Of a stretch of DNA of 64,000 bases, positions 34,441-43,814 are shown piece after piece. The position numbers and the translations under genes are program-made. The notes under the pieces are model-generated. The model ran no database searches, had not been told where the DNA came from, and saw nothing but the letters and a program-made list of their open reading frames with translations. Where the stretch lies: contig CALKYM010000304.1 in NCBI GenBank assembly GCA_938003525.1, forward strand, positions 29,287 to 93,286. Reading direction: 5' to 3'. Position 1 is the first letter of the stretch. Every line of letters begins with the position of its first letter. The DNA is from an uncultured Planctomycetales bacterium (GTDB lineage Bacteria; Planctomycetota; Planctomycetia; Pirellulales; JAEUIK01).

Positions 34441-35520
34441 ATGACCGCCCGACAGCCCCGGTTAGCTTTTTCAGGTCGTCCCATCTCGCTCCTGTTGGCC
34501 CTCTGCCTGTCGCATGGGGTCCACGCCAGTGCAGCCGGGGAAAATAGTGCCGCCGAGCAACTCCTGGCCGCTCGGGGCCTCACGCGACAAGGATCGCAGT
34601 GGCTCACCGCCGATGAGGTCCGGCTCATCAAACTCTTGAATCGGCTCCCCGAGCTAGAAAGGGCGTTCAACATACCGAACCGGCGCGTCGAGCAGGGGTT
34701 GGCCCACCAGGCCGCGCTGCGGCGGCAAATCGAGCAGATCAAAAGCGAGATTGGCGAATTGCAGGCACAGATCGACTCGGGAGTGCTCGACCGCAGTCGT
34801 CGTGAGCGAGCGGTTGAACTCCGCGGCAGCCGTGTCGCGGCGCGCGACGAGCTGCGCGATCAGCTCATCGAGGAAGCCGAACTTGAACAAAACCCGGTGG
34901 TCAAAAAGGTCGTCCTGGCGCGCTGTAACGCCTACAACGAGCTTAGCCTGGCTGTGCTCTCGGTGCTCCGCACCATCGAGCACCTCGACGCAGACTACTC
35001 AGAACTGGAGGCGGCAGAAGACGTTCAGCAAGCACTCTCAACCATCGGACCGCGCGCTCGTTTGGGCCCCGCGCGCAGCTACGAGCGAGAACGACGCCGG
35101 GCCGAGCAGCTCGCCGGGACACTGTTGGGCGATGGCGTGCCGATTTATCGTGACAACGGGCAATACCGCTTCAGCGCGCTGGTGAATGAGACCACGGCCG
35201 TGAACTTTTCTTATGACGCGATGGCCGACAGCGCGGTGGTGCCCGCCAGCACGCTGGCTGCCGCTGGCATCGAAATCGACCCGGACGCAGCCCGACGCAC
35301 CATTTCGATTGGCAAGCGGCGTCCTATTCAAGCCCGCGTGGTCCGCGTCTCCCAACTCCGCCTTGGCGAATTGCTGCTCAGCGACATCGAGGTCCTGGCG
35401 ACTCCCCCAGAAGCGGAGGCCTGGGGCGCGCTGCTGGGGCCCAAGTCCCTCAGCGGCGTAGAGCTCGATCTGCACGTCGACCGGCTTTGGTTGCAGGTGG
35501 TCACCCGCGATGGCCAATAG
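34441..35520 (+). CDS. Secreted coiled-coil protein with C-terminal retropepsin-like (clan AA) domain lacking the DTG/DSG catalytic motif
   Basis: The track start at 34093 overlaps the small minus-strand ORF. ATG 34441 gives MTARQPRLAFSGRPISLLLALCLSHGVHASA, a signal peptide. The C-terminal section follows the bacterial retropepsin-like pattern: YRFSALVNETTAVNFSYDAMADSAVVPASTLAAAGIEI....LRLGELLLSDIEVLA....GALLGPKSLSGVELDLHVDRLWL. Where DTGAS is expected, the sequence reads DAMADS. Confidence 0.65.
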   Translation: MTARQPRLAFSGRPISLLLALCLSHGVHASAAGENSAAEQLLAARGLTRQGSQWLTADEVRLIKLLNRLPELERAFNIPNRRVEQGLAHQAALRRQIEQIKSEIGELQAQIDSGVLDRSRRERAVELRGSRVAARDELRDQLIEEAELEQNPVVKKVVLARCNAYNELSLAVLSVLRTIEHLDADYSELEAAEDVQQALSTIGPRARLGPARSYERERRRAEQLAGTLLGDGVPIYRDNGQYRFSALVNETTAVNFSYDAMADSAVVPASTLAAAGIEIDPDAARRTISIGKRRPIQARVVRVSQLRLGELLLSDIEVLATPPEAEAWGALLGPKSLSGVELDLHVDRLWLQVVTRDGQ

Positions 35521-35871
35521 GCGGCCTGTCGCGTGCAGCGGGGCGTACCGTCGATCCGCCGCAATTCGCCTGCACCGCGAGAGGCCGTTTGTTCCGATTG
35601 TGTTGTCCCCGGGCCGTCGACTCGCTGGGGGTCGATCGTGGCAGCAAGCTGAAGAAGTTCGCGCTACCGCCCGGTGGAGGTAGGGTTGGTAGAAATGGTC
35701 GTGCCTGCGGCGCAAGCTCGCACCCCAATTGCGAAGCACCGCCGGTTCGAGGGACCGGCTTAGCACACGTCAGCAAGTGTCCGCCAGCGTCGCGAAACGC
35801 GCCGTCTTCCAGGAGAGGTGAATACCAAGGGGCGAGATGACCGATTCGATAAGAAGCAACGTAGCTGGCTG

Positions 35872-35900
35872 TTGTTTCGCGCGCAGGCCGTTTCTATAAT
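35872..35900 (+). promoter_or_regulatory. Candidate sigma70-type promoter (TTGTTT-N17-TATAAT)
   Basis: A perfect TATAAT at 35895-35900 sits in an AT-rich island, 21 nt upstream of ATG 35922. TTGTTT at 35872-35877 has exactly 17-nt spacing to it. Planctomycete promoter consensus is poorly known. Confidence 0.3.
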
Positions 35901-35921
35901 TTTGCTGGACAGCGCGGCTTC

Positions 35922-37655
35922 ATGAGGAGGGGCAGGGTGTCTTCCAAGGCCAGAGTGCTCGTCGTCAGCAACTCCCGCCAGCGCGAAAAAGAGCTCCTGG
36001 ATCAACTCGGTGATCGGCTGGAAGTCGTCACCGTCAAGTCGATGGTTCGGGCGCTGGCCTGCCTTGGCCGTGCCGATTTCGACGGCGTCTACGTCGACAC
36101 CTTCTACCTCCAAGACGCTTTTCAAGTCGGCAGCTTGCTGCAGAACGAAAAGATCTTGCAGGGCATGCCCGATGGCGTCGCGCTGCTCGAAGGCGACAAC
36201 ACGATCATCTGGGGCAACGATCGCCTCCGCAATTGGTGCGGGCGCGATGACGTCGTCGGCGCGAACTTCTACTCGGCGCTGGGCAGTCCGGACATTCTCG
36301 GTCCTGATTATTGCCCGTTTCACTCGGCGTTGTCTTCGGGAAGTTCGACGAATTCGACGCTCATGCGTCAGGGCGACGGCCGCTATTTCCACGTGCACGC
36401 CACACCGCTGCGCGACGACGAGCAAGCACCGCGGCATCTGATCGTCACGGTACGCGACATCACGGCTGAAACGTTGCAGCAGCAAAAGCTGGCCGCCATT
36501 CATCAGGCCGGCGCTGCGCTGGCCGACATGACGCCCGCCGAACTGGCATCGATGACCGTCGAAGAGCGGATCGAGCTGGTCAAGTCGAACATCCTGCACT
36601 TCACCAAGGACCTGCTCAACTACGACGTGGTCGAGATTCGGCTACTCGATCAGGAAACCGGCAAGCTCGAGCCGCTGCTGGCCGAAGGCATCCGGCCCGA
36701 AGCGGCACGTCGCGATCTCTACGCATTGCCACAGAACAACGGCGTCACCGGCTTCGTGGCCGCGACCGGCAAGAGCTATCTCTGCGAAGACACCCAGGAA
36801 GATCCGCTCTACCTGGAAGGCTGTGCCGGTGCCAAGAGTTCGCTCACGGTGCCCCTGTCACTACACGACGAAGTCATCGGGACGTTCAACGTCGAGAGCC
36901 CCGAGCCGCGTGCATTCAACGAAAGCGACTTGCAGTTTTTGGAGATCTTCACCCGCGATCTCGCGGTGGCGCTCAACACGCTGGAATTGCTGGTTGCCGA
37001 AAAAGCGACGACCACTGCCGAAAGTGTCGAAGCCATCCACAGTGCCGTGGCGCTGCCCGTCGATGAGATCCTCAACGACGCCGTCAACGTGATGGAGCGG
37101 TACATCGGGCACGAGCCCGAGGTGGTCGAGCGGCTGCAGCGGATTCTGAAACACGCCCGTGATATCAAGCAGGTGATTCAGGCGGTGGGGCAGAAGATGA
37201 CCCCGACCCAGGCGCACCCGGAGTACCTGCCGCAACCGCAACACACCGAACTCCGCGGACGACAGGTGCTGGTGGCCGATGCCGACGAAAGCGTTCGCAG
37301 CGCTGCCCATACGCTGCTCGAACGTTTCGGCTGCATCGTCGAAACCGCACACAACGGCGACGAAGCCCTCTTCATGGCTCGCAACATGCTTTCGTCCGGA
37401 TCGTATGACGCGATCATTGCCGACATCCGGCTGCCCGACATGACCGGTTACGATCTGCTGCTGAAGCTGAAAGAGGCGCTCGATCCGGTACCGCTAATTC
37501 TCATGACGGGCTTCGGCTACGATCCCGGCCATTCGATCGTCAAAGCGCGGCAGGCAGGGCTGCGTTCTGTGCTGTACAAGCCCTTCCGTCTGGATCAACT
37601 GCTCGAGACGGTCAGCCAGATCGTTTCGTCCCCGAAGCCAGTCCGTCAGGCCTGA
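35922..37655 (+). CDS. Signal-transduction protein: N-terminal receiver-like domain + PAS + GAF + C-terminal response-regulator receiver; no output domain
   Basis: ARVLVVSNSRQ..FDGVYVD is receiver-like and lacks the acidic DD pair. PAS: GVALLEGDNTIIWGNDRLRNWCG..YFHVHATPL. GAF: YDVVEIRLLD..GFVAATGKSYLCEDTQEDPLY..SLTVPLSLHDEVIGTFNVES. REC: RQVLVADADESVR..YDAIIADIRLPDMTGYDLL..LILMTGFG..YKPF. An alternative GTG start at 35937 follows GAGGAGGGG. Confidence 0.85.
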   Translation: MRRGRVSSKARVLVVSNSRQREKELLDQLGDRLEVVTVKSMVRALACLGRADFDGVYVDTFYLQDAFQVGSLLQNEKILQGMPDGVALLEGDNTIIWGNDRLRNWCGRDDVVGANFYSALGSPDILGPDYCPFHSALSSGSSTNSTLMRQGDGRYFHVHATPLRDDEQAPRHLIVTVRDITAETLQQQKLAAIHQAGAALADMTPAELASMTVEERIELVKSNILHFTKDLLNYDVVEIRLLDQETGKLEPLLAEGIRPEAARRDLYALPQNNGVTGFVAATGKSYLCEDTQEDPLYLEGCAGAKSSLTVPLSLHDEVIGTFNVESPEPRAFNESDLQFLEIFTRDLAVALNTLELLVAEKATTTAESVEAIHSAVALPVDEILNDAVNVMERYIGHEPEVVERLQRILKHARDIKQVIQAVGQKMTPTQAHPEYLPQPQHTELRGRQVLVADADESVRSAAHTLLERFGCIVETAHNGDEALFMARNMLSSGSYDAIIADIRLPDMTGYDLLLKLKEALDPVPLILMTGFGYDPGHSIVKARQAGLRSVLYKPFRLDQLLETVSQIVSSPKPVRQA

Positions 37656-37711
37656 GCGCTCCGCCGGGCGCATGGGCGATGCTGGCCTCCACGCGCCGTT
37701 GAGCTGCGCTG

Positions 37712-38944
37712 ATGGAACGAGTCCTCGATATCCTGCTCTGCCTGCTGGCACTGGTCGGGCACGCCGGCGCCGTCATCTGGCTGACCTGTCAGATTCACGC
37801 GGCAGCGCTGCACCACCATATGGTGCGATATCTCAGCGGGCTGCTCGCGCTCGCGGGCATCGCACTGCCTGTGGTGGTGGCCGTCATCGTGTTTCCCGAT
37901 GGCGTACAGATCGTCGGTCGCGCCGGTTGGTCGCCCTGGGAACTCGTCGCGCTGGGATACTTCGGCATCTGCTGCCTGATCGCATTGGGTCCGGTGCTGT
38001 GGTGGTTCACCCGAGGCGTCTCGACCCAACCGCCTGAGGCGCTGCACCGCAGCCAGGCGGAACTGATCGACCTGGCCGGGCGACTCAACGGGCGGCCCGT
38101 GCAGGGTGCCTATTACAAGCTGCTCGCCCAACTGCCGTTCAATCAGACGTTCGAACTGGAAGTGAGCCGCAAGCAGTTGGGGCTGGCCAACCTGACGCCC
38201 GGGCTGCAGGGGCTGACTATCGCTCACCTTTCCGACCTGCATCTCAGCGGGCGTCTCGAGCGACCGTACTTCGAAGAGATCGTGCATCATGCCAACGAGT
38301 TGGACGCCGATCTTGTCGCGGTGACCGGCGACCTGGTCGATAAGGAACCCTGTATCGACTGGTTGCCGAAGACGTTGGGACAATTGCGGGCCAAGCACGG
38401 CGTTTACTTCATTCTCGGCAACCACGACTTGCGCGTGGATACCGCGACCGTACGACGCACACTGGTCGATGCGGGCCTGATCGACATTGGCGGCCGCTGG
38501 CAAATCGTTTCGACTGGCGCCGACGAGCTGCTGGTTGCCGGCAACGAACTACCATGGATCCGACCCGCGGCGGACTTGCACGACGCTCCGCCGCCGGCCT
38601 CGGCGGGCGGTCCGCTGCGGCTGCTGTTGGCCCACACGCCCGACCAATTCAATTGGGCGCGGCGATTGCGATTCGATCTCATGCTGGCCGGCCACAACCA
38701 CGGCGGCCAGTTTCAGTTTCCCGCCGTTGGCCCGCTGTTGGCCCCGAGCCGTCACGGCGTGAAGTACGCATCCGGCACGTTCTACAAACCGCCCACTGTG
38801 ATGCACGTCAGCCGCGGTATTTCCGCGCTCGTGCCCGTGCGTTTCAACTGCCGGCCGGAAATTACACTGCTCGAATTACAGCCTGCCGAAAACGGGCGAC
38901 CGACGACGATGCCCGGCGAGCGATTTCACTCGCAGCGGGCGTGA
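37712..38944 (+). CDS. Membrane-anchored metallophosphoesterase (calcineurin-like), paralogue 2
   Basis: ATG start 56 nt after the upstream gene. N-terminal TM helices. Blocks IAHLSDLHL, AVTGDLVD, LGNHD, LLAHTPDQ, LAGHNHGGQ, YKPPTVMHVSRGIS. Colinear with 22075..23322. Confidence 0.85.
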   Translation: MERVLDILLCLLALVGHAGAVIWLTCQIHAAALHHHMVRYLSGLLALAGIALPVVVAVIVFPDGVQIVGRAGWSPWELVALGYFGICCLIALGPVLWWFTRGVSTQPPEALHRSQAELIDLAGRLNGRPVQGAYYKLLAQLPFNQTFELEVSRKQLGLANLTPGLQGLTIAHLSDLHLSGRLERPYFEEIVHHANELDADLVAVTGDLVDKEPCIDWLPKTLGQLRAKHGVYFILGNHDLRVDTATVRRTLVDAGLIDIGGRWQIVSTGADELLVAGNELPWIRPAADLHDAPPPASAGGPLRLLLAHTPDQFNWARRLRFDLMLAGHNHGGQFQFPAVGPLLAPSRHGVKYASGTFYKPPTVMHVSRGISALVPVRFNCRPEITLLELQPAENGRPTTMPGERFHSQRA

Positions 38945-38975
38945 AGGCGCAGTCAGCGCGGGATCGTCGAGACGG

Positions 38976-39764
38976 TCAGCCGGGCTGCTTCTCGATCGAG
39001 ACACAGATCCCGCCAGCGCGCATGCGCTTGTGGAGCGGCGAGAACCACAACTCGCGCTGCCACCGCAAGCCGAGTTGCTGGCTCACGCGCCGCAGGTCGG
39101 ACCGGTTGTAAGTCCGGCAGCGCCACACCCGGCTGGTCCAGGCGCCGCCGAAGTTGTCTTCGGTTGTCAACAGCAGCATCCGCCCGCCGGGGCGCAACAC
39201 GCGGGCCAACTCTGCGAGCCCGATGCGAGCCTCCGGCAGATGTTCGAGCACGTAGCCGCAGGTGATGCAATCGAACGACGCATCGGGAAAGGGCAATCGC
39301 GAGATATCGGCCACAGCATGATCGACGCTCGGCAACCGGTCATAGCGACGATGATTGAGCAGCGCGTGCCTGCGAACTTGCATCCGCTGGCGCGCCCGCT
39401 TGAGCATGGCACGCGAGAGATCACAACAGGTGATCTTCGCAGCGGCATCGGCGTGCTTGAGCAAGTGCAGCGCAATCTGACCGGCGCCGCTGCCCACATC
39501 GAGGATCTCACGGGCACCGCCCAGATCGAATTTGCCCTTTTTCAACCACCGCTCGCTGAGCGGCGAGTGCAGCGAGAGAAAGCTGGCGGTGGCCAACAAG
39601 GCGCCGCGCCGCCCACCGTAGACTCGGCTGATCTTTTGCCGGTACTTTTCCGAACTGACCCGACGAATGAAATTGCTTTCGACGAGCCGCACAAACGGCT
39701 TCGGGTCCCGCGTGCGATTCGATGAATTCCTAGTACTTGATTCGAAGCGGCGATTCGGCGCCAT
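38976..39764 (-). CDS. Class I SAM-dependent methyltransferase
   Basis: Motif I: ILDVGSGAGQIAL. Post-I: ITCCDLS. Motif III region: LRPGGRMLLLT. About 70-aa N-terminal extension of unknown function. Confidence 0.8.
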   Translation of the reverse strand: MAPNRRFESSTRNSSNRTRDPKPFVRLVESNFIRRVSSEKYRQKISRVYGGRRGALLATASFLSLHSPLSERWLKKGKFDLGGAREILDVGSGAGQIALHLLKHADAAAKITCCDLSRAMLKRARQRMQVRRHALLNHRRYDRLPSVDHAVADISRLPFPDASFDCITCGYVLEHLPEARIGLAELARVLRPGGRMLLLTTEDNFGGAWTSRVWRCRTYNRSDLRRVSQQLGLRWQRELWFSPLHKRMRAGGICVSIEKQPG

Positions 39765-39829
39765 GACCTCTTGTCCGTTGTGTCGAAGTTCGCTTGCTGC
39801 CCACTACAACTTCTTCGCTCACCGCGCGC

Positions 39830-41794
39830 TCACAGATAAACGCGACGATTGTAGATATACCACTCGACCAGCGCGACGCCCAGGGCCGCCAACAACAGGT
39901 ACCACCAGATCTCGCGGCGCGCGACTTGCGGCGCAGCTTGCCCGGCAACGTCGATAAAGCCGATCTTTAATTTGGGATCTTCCGCTAGCCGGATGGCGCT
40001 CTCGTCGGCGTCGAACAAGTTGACCGCAAAGCTTCCCATACTTATGTCGTCCGCCATGATCTCGTAAACGCCCAATTGATCGGTGGCCGCGAAGTTGAAC
40101 GCGCCGAGGTTGCCGCGGCTGACGCGCACTTCGTCACCACCCGGATCGCGAACGCGAATCTCTTCCCCAGCACCCGACAATCGCAAGGCCAGCGACTGGC
40201 CCGGTCGCACGAAACCTTGTTCGAGCGCGTCCTCGCTATGCCCCAAATAGTCGAGCACATTGAGCACGAAGACGGGAAAGCTCAACCGCAGCGGCCAGTT
40301 CGTGTAGACCTGCTCCGCGTCGACCAGGGGAAACGCGATCACGGCATCCTCGAATCCTTCCCGCGGCGCGATGGCCACCAGCGGGCCCGCCTGCGATTCG
40401 ACGAGCACTTGACCGCCCGACGGCACTTCCAGGGGGCGAGCTTCCACGATGTCGACGTCGCCCAACGCGATGAGATTCATGAGCGGGTGCGCGCTGTTCG
40501 TATCAATGATCACCGGCACGTCAGCACTTTCGAGTTGCTGCCACTGGCCGCCGACAGGCGTCGTGCCGATGAACAGCGTGTTGGCCCGCGGCATCGTTTC
40601 GGGACGACAGCGATCGAAGATCACGAGATCGTATGCGTCGGAATTGGCAATCGCCTGATAGCGCTCGCCCGCGAGAAACGGCGGCGGTTCGAGCGTGACC
40701 TCCGCGCGTTCGTTCGCGCGGCCCGTAGTGAGCGCGTATTCGAGCGGATCGTTGCCGGGTGTGACCAACAGCACGCGCGCCGGCTGCGGTGGATTGACGG
40801 CGACCCAGGCACGATCGTCGGCGACAAGATCGTCCCTCGAGTCGGCTCGCAATTCGAGCACGCCGGTTTCCATCTCGGTCAACGGAAAGACGATTCCATC
40901 CGATTCCCCGGGTTCAATTGTCATTCGGCTGGCATCGATCAGTTCTCCGTCGAGCCTTAATTCGACGCTGGCCTCGGCCGTTTCGAGTCCGTGGTTATGC
41001 AGCCGGGCGAAGACCTCGATCTCACTGGCGCGACGCTCCGGCCGCCGCACGCTGAAGGCGCTGATGGCGACGTTCTTCGCCGCGGCGCTGCCGGTGGTGA
41101 TGAATGTCGGCTCGAGATTGCCCAGTGAGAAACCTTCGACGGCGGGCAGATGGCCGTCGCTGAAGATAAACATCTCGGCTGGCAGCGCGTCGGCCACCTG
41201 CACGTCGCCGGCGTCCGTTGAAGTGCGGCCGGGATTCGCCAGGCCGGCGGCCAGCAGGAGAGCCTCGCGCAGGTTGGTGGGGCGCGACGTGGGACGAATC
41301 GCAGCAACTCGATTGAGTAGCTCATTGCGGTTGGTCGTGAACTGCTGCTCGACGCGAGCAGTGTTCGAAAAGCTGACGATCATCGCAGCGGCACCGGGAC
41401 GCATCTGTTCGATGAGCTGTGCCGCGGTCTGTTTCGACCACTCCAGACGGGAAGGCTCGAGATCGGCGGCCGACATGCTGGCGGAATTGTCGATCAGGAA
41501 AACGTAGCGCTCGCCGCGCAACTCGTGACTGAGCCAGGTGGGGTTCCACGCTGCCAACAGCGCCAGCGCCGCAATGAGCAACTGCAAGAACAACAGCAGA
41601 CTTTGCCGCAGCCGTTGCCAGAGGCTGTTGACGTGCAGATCTTCGATGGCTTTGTGCCAGAGGTACGTGCTCGGCACCTCCAGCGGCTGCCGTTTCAACT
41701 TCAGGAAATAGAGCGCCAGGATGGCGGGCGGGATCAACGCCAGTGCGGCGAGTTGCGGCCCAGTCAATGCCGAGCGGAAGGCGAATTCGTTCAT
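39830..41794 (-). CDS. BatA-type VWA-domain membrane protein (N-terminal double-TM domain + von Willebrand factor A)
   Basis: ATG 41794 overlaps the upstream stop (ATGA at 41791-41794). N-terminal double-TM signature: MNEFAFRSALTGPQLAALALIPPAILALYFLKLKRQPLEVPSTYLW. MIDAS motif YVFLIDNSASMS (DxSxS). C-terminal TM helix WWYLLLAALGVALVEWYIY. Confidence 0.85.
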   Translation of the reverse strand: MNEFAFRSALTGPQLAALALIPPAILALYFLKLKRQPLEVPSTYLWHKAIEDLHVNSLWQRLRQSLLLFLQLLIAALALLAAWNPTWLSHELRGERYVFLIDNSASMSAADLEPSRLEWSKQTAAQLIEQMRPGAAAMIVSFSNTARVEQQFTTNRNELLNRVAAIRPTSRPTNLREALLLAAGLANPGRTSTDAGDVQVADALPAEMFIFSDGHLPAVEGFSLGNLEPTFITTGSAAAKNVAISAFSVRRPERRASEIEVFARLHNHGLETAEASVELRLDGELIDASRMTIEPGESDGIVFPLTEMETGVLELRADSRDDLVADDRAWVAVNPPQPARVLLVTPGNDPLEYALTTGRANERAEVTLEPPPFLAGERYQAIANSDAYDLVIFDRCRPETMPRANTLFIGTTPVGGQWQQLESADVPVIIDTNSAHPLMNLIALGDVDIVEARPLEVPSGGQVLVESQAGPLVAIAPREGFEDAVIAFPLVDAEQVYTNWPLRLSFPVFVLNVLDYLGHSEDALEQGFVRPGQSLALRLSGAGEEIRVRDPGGDEVRVSRGNLGAFNFAATDQLGVYEIMADDISMGSFAVNLFDADESAIRLAEDPKLKIGFIDVAGQAAPQVARREIWWYLLLAALGVALVEWYIYNRRVYL

Positions 41795-42684
41795 CGCACC
41801 AATCCCCGCTGACGCAGATAGCTGAGGATCAGTTGATCGACGGGCGTTTGATTGTTGGCGACGAGATGAACCATGCCGCGAGCATGACAAAACTCGCGAA
41901 CCGACGCCAGAAACGCCGCCAGTGTCTGCTTGTACTTCTTCAACAGCGGCGCGCTGATGGTCACTTCCGCCACGTCCTGGTCTTCACAATCGACCAGCCG
42001 CAGGTCGCCCGCCAACTCGGGATCGAACTCCTCTTGCGCGAGCACCTGTACGACATAGACATCCATGCGACGGGCCAGCAGGTAACGTAGCGCTTCTTCG
42101 TAGCCGCCACGGTCGAGCAAGTCGCTAACCAGCACGACGATGCCTTGACCGGGATTGCGGAGGCAAAACTGCTTGACCGACGCGGCGAGCGGCTGCGCCT
42201 CGCCAGCCTCGAAAGAGTTCAGGTAGTCGAGCATCCGCCACAGGCTGGAACGGCCACGCAACATGGGAGCGGAAGGCGGCTTGTCAGGCCCGAGCGGCTC
42301 GATGCGAACGCGGTCTGCGCGAATCAGCCCGACGAAGCCCAGCGCGGCGGCCAGTTGACGCGCGAAGTGCAGCTTCGTCGGCTCACCAAACTCCATTGAC
42401 CGGCTGGTGTCGACCAGGCAGTAGAAATGCAGATCTTCCTCTTCCAGAAACAGCTTGAGGAACAGCCGGTCGAGCCGCGCGTAGGTGTTCCAGTCGATGA
42501 ACCGCAGATCGTCGCCGACAACGTAGTTGCGAAAATCGGCGAACTCGACGCTCTGGCCCTTGCGCTTGCTGCGCCGTTCGCCCTTGAACTTGCCGCGAAA
42601 GATCTTCCGCGAGACGAACTCCAACCGCTCGAGCCGCGCCAACAGCTCGGGACTCAGCAGCGGTTCTTCGGTCGTCTGGGACAT
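41791..42684 (-). CDS. DUF58 (VWA-like, MoxR-associated) protein
   Basis: SVEFADFRNYVVGDDLRFIDWNTYARLDRLFLKLFLEEEDLHFYCLVDTSRSM is the canonical DUF58 core. Confidence 0.9.
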   Translation of the reverse strand: MSQTTEEPLLSPELLARLERLEFVSRKIFRGKFKGERRSKRKGQSVEFADFRNYVVGDDLRFIDWNTYARLDRLFLKLFLEEEDLHFYCLVDTSRSMEFGEPTKLHFARQLAAALGFVGLIRADRVRIEPLGPDKPPSAPMLRGRSSLWRMLDYLNSFEAGEAQPLAASVKQFCLRNPGQGIVVLVSDLLDRGGYEEALRYLLARRMDVYVVQVLAQEEFDPELAGDLRLVDCEDQDVAEVTISAPLLKKYKQTLAAFLASVREFCHARGMVHLVANNQTPVDQLILSYLRQRGLVR

Positions 42685-42737
42685 GCGTGGACTCGGCTTC
42701 GTGACGTGTGACGGGTTACTCCGGCGGGCGATGCCCG

Positions 42738-43811
42738 TCAGGCGGCCTGCTCGTTGCGGGGCTGCTCGGGCACTTTTTCCAGAATCTGCAACAGCACGCG
42801 GTCGGCTTCGACGCCTTCAGCCTGGGCCTCGAAGTTCAACAGCACGCGATGCCGCATGGCCGGCAGATAGACCCGACGGATGTCTTCGTAACTGACGTTG
42901 TAGCGCCCTTCGAGCAGCGCGCGGACTTTGGCGGCCAGCGCGAGCGTTTGGGCTCCGCGAGGACTCGAACCCCAGCGGATGTACTGGTTCGTCTCCTCCA
43001 CGGCGAACTCCCCCTCCGGATGCGTGGCGAGCACCAACCGCACCAAATAGTCCTGCACGTGTTGCGCCAAGATCACTTCGCGCACCAATGCCTGCCACTG
43101 GCGGATTTCCTCGCCATCCATCACCCGCTCCGGTTCGATATGCTCGCTGCGGGTTGTGCGATCGACGATCGTGGTCAGCTCCTCCCGCGTCGAGTAGCCG
43201 ACCAGCAGCTTGAACATGAATCGGTCGAGCTGCGCCTCGGGCAGCGGATACGTTCCTTCTTGTTCAATGGGGTTCTGGGTGGCCATGACGAAGAACGGCT
43301 GATCAAGTTCGTACATGTGCCCGCCGACGGTCACCGATCCTTCTTGCATGGTTTCCAGCATGGCGGATTGAGTCTTGGGCGTGGCGCGGTTGATTTCGTC
43401 GGCCAGGCAAATCTGGGTGAAGATCGGCCCGCGCTGGAATTCGAACACCCGGCGCCCGTCGGGCGTTTCCATCACCATGTTGGTGCCGAGAATGTCGGCC
43501 GGCATCAAGTCAGGCGTGAATTGGATGCGCGAGAAGTTGAGGTTGAGCGCTTTGGCCAAGGTGCGGACGAGCAACGTCTTGCCCAATCCCGGCACACCTT
43601 CCAGCAGGCAATGCCCGCCGACGAACAAGCACGTCAGCACGCCGTGTACGATGTCGTCGTGGCCCACGATCACGCGGGCAATCTGTGTCCGCACGGCTTC
43701 ATAGCGCTCGGCGAACTGCTTGGCCCGCTCTTCCATCGTTGTTGCCAGGCTCATAGTCGATTCACTCCGGGGATTTAGCGGGGCTTGGTTCCGCGACTCG
43801 ATGGTCGGCAT
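42738..43811 (-). CDS. MoxR-family AAA+ ATPase
   Basis: Walker A: LLEGVPGLGKTLLVRTLA. Walker B/sensor region: ICLADEINRATPKTQSAMLETMQE. ATG 43811 follows the upstream TAG stop (43815-43817) by 3 nt. An alternative ATG lies at 43757. Confidence 0.95.
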   Translation of the reverse strand: MPTIESRNQAPLNPRSESTMSLATTMEERAKQFAERYEAVRTQIARVIVGHDDIVHGVLTCLFVGGHCLLEGVPGLGKTLLVRTLAKALNLNFSRIQFTPDLMPADILGTNMVMETPDGRRVFEFQRGPIFTQICLADEINRATPKTQSAMLETMQEGSVTVGGHMYELDQPFFVMATQNPIEQEGTYPLPEAQLDRFMFKLLVGYSTREELTTIVDRTTRSEHIEPERVMDGEEIRQWQALVREVILAQHVQDYLVRLVLATHPEGEFAVEETNQYIRWGSSPRGAQTLALAAKVRALLEGRYNVSYEDIRRVYLPAMRHRVLLNFEAQAEGVEADRVLLQILEKVPEQPRNEQAA

Positions 43812-43814
43812 CAA

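Noticed and set aside
35741-35759. tRNA-like T-arm (gccgg-TTCGAGGGA-ccggc)
   Set aside because: The loop is 9 nt, not the 7 nt of a T-loop. No acceptor, D or anticodon arm can be built from the flanks. Not a tRNA.
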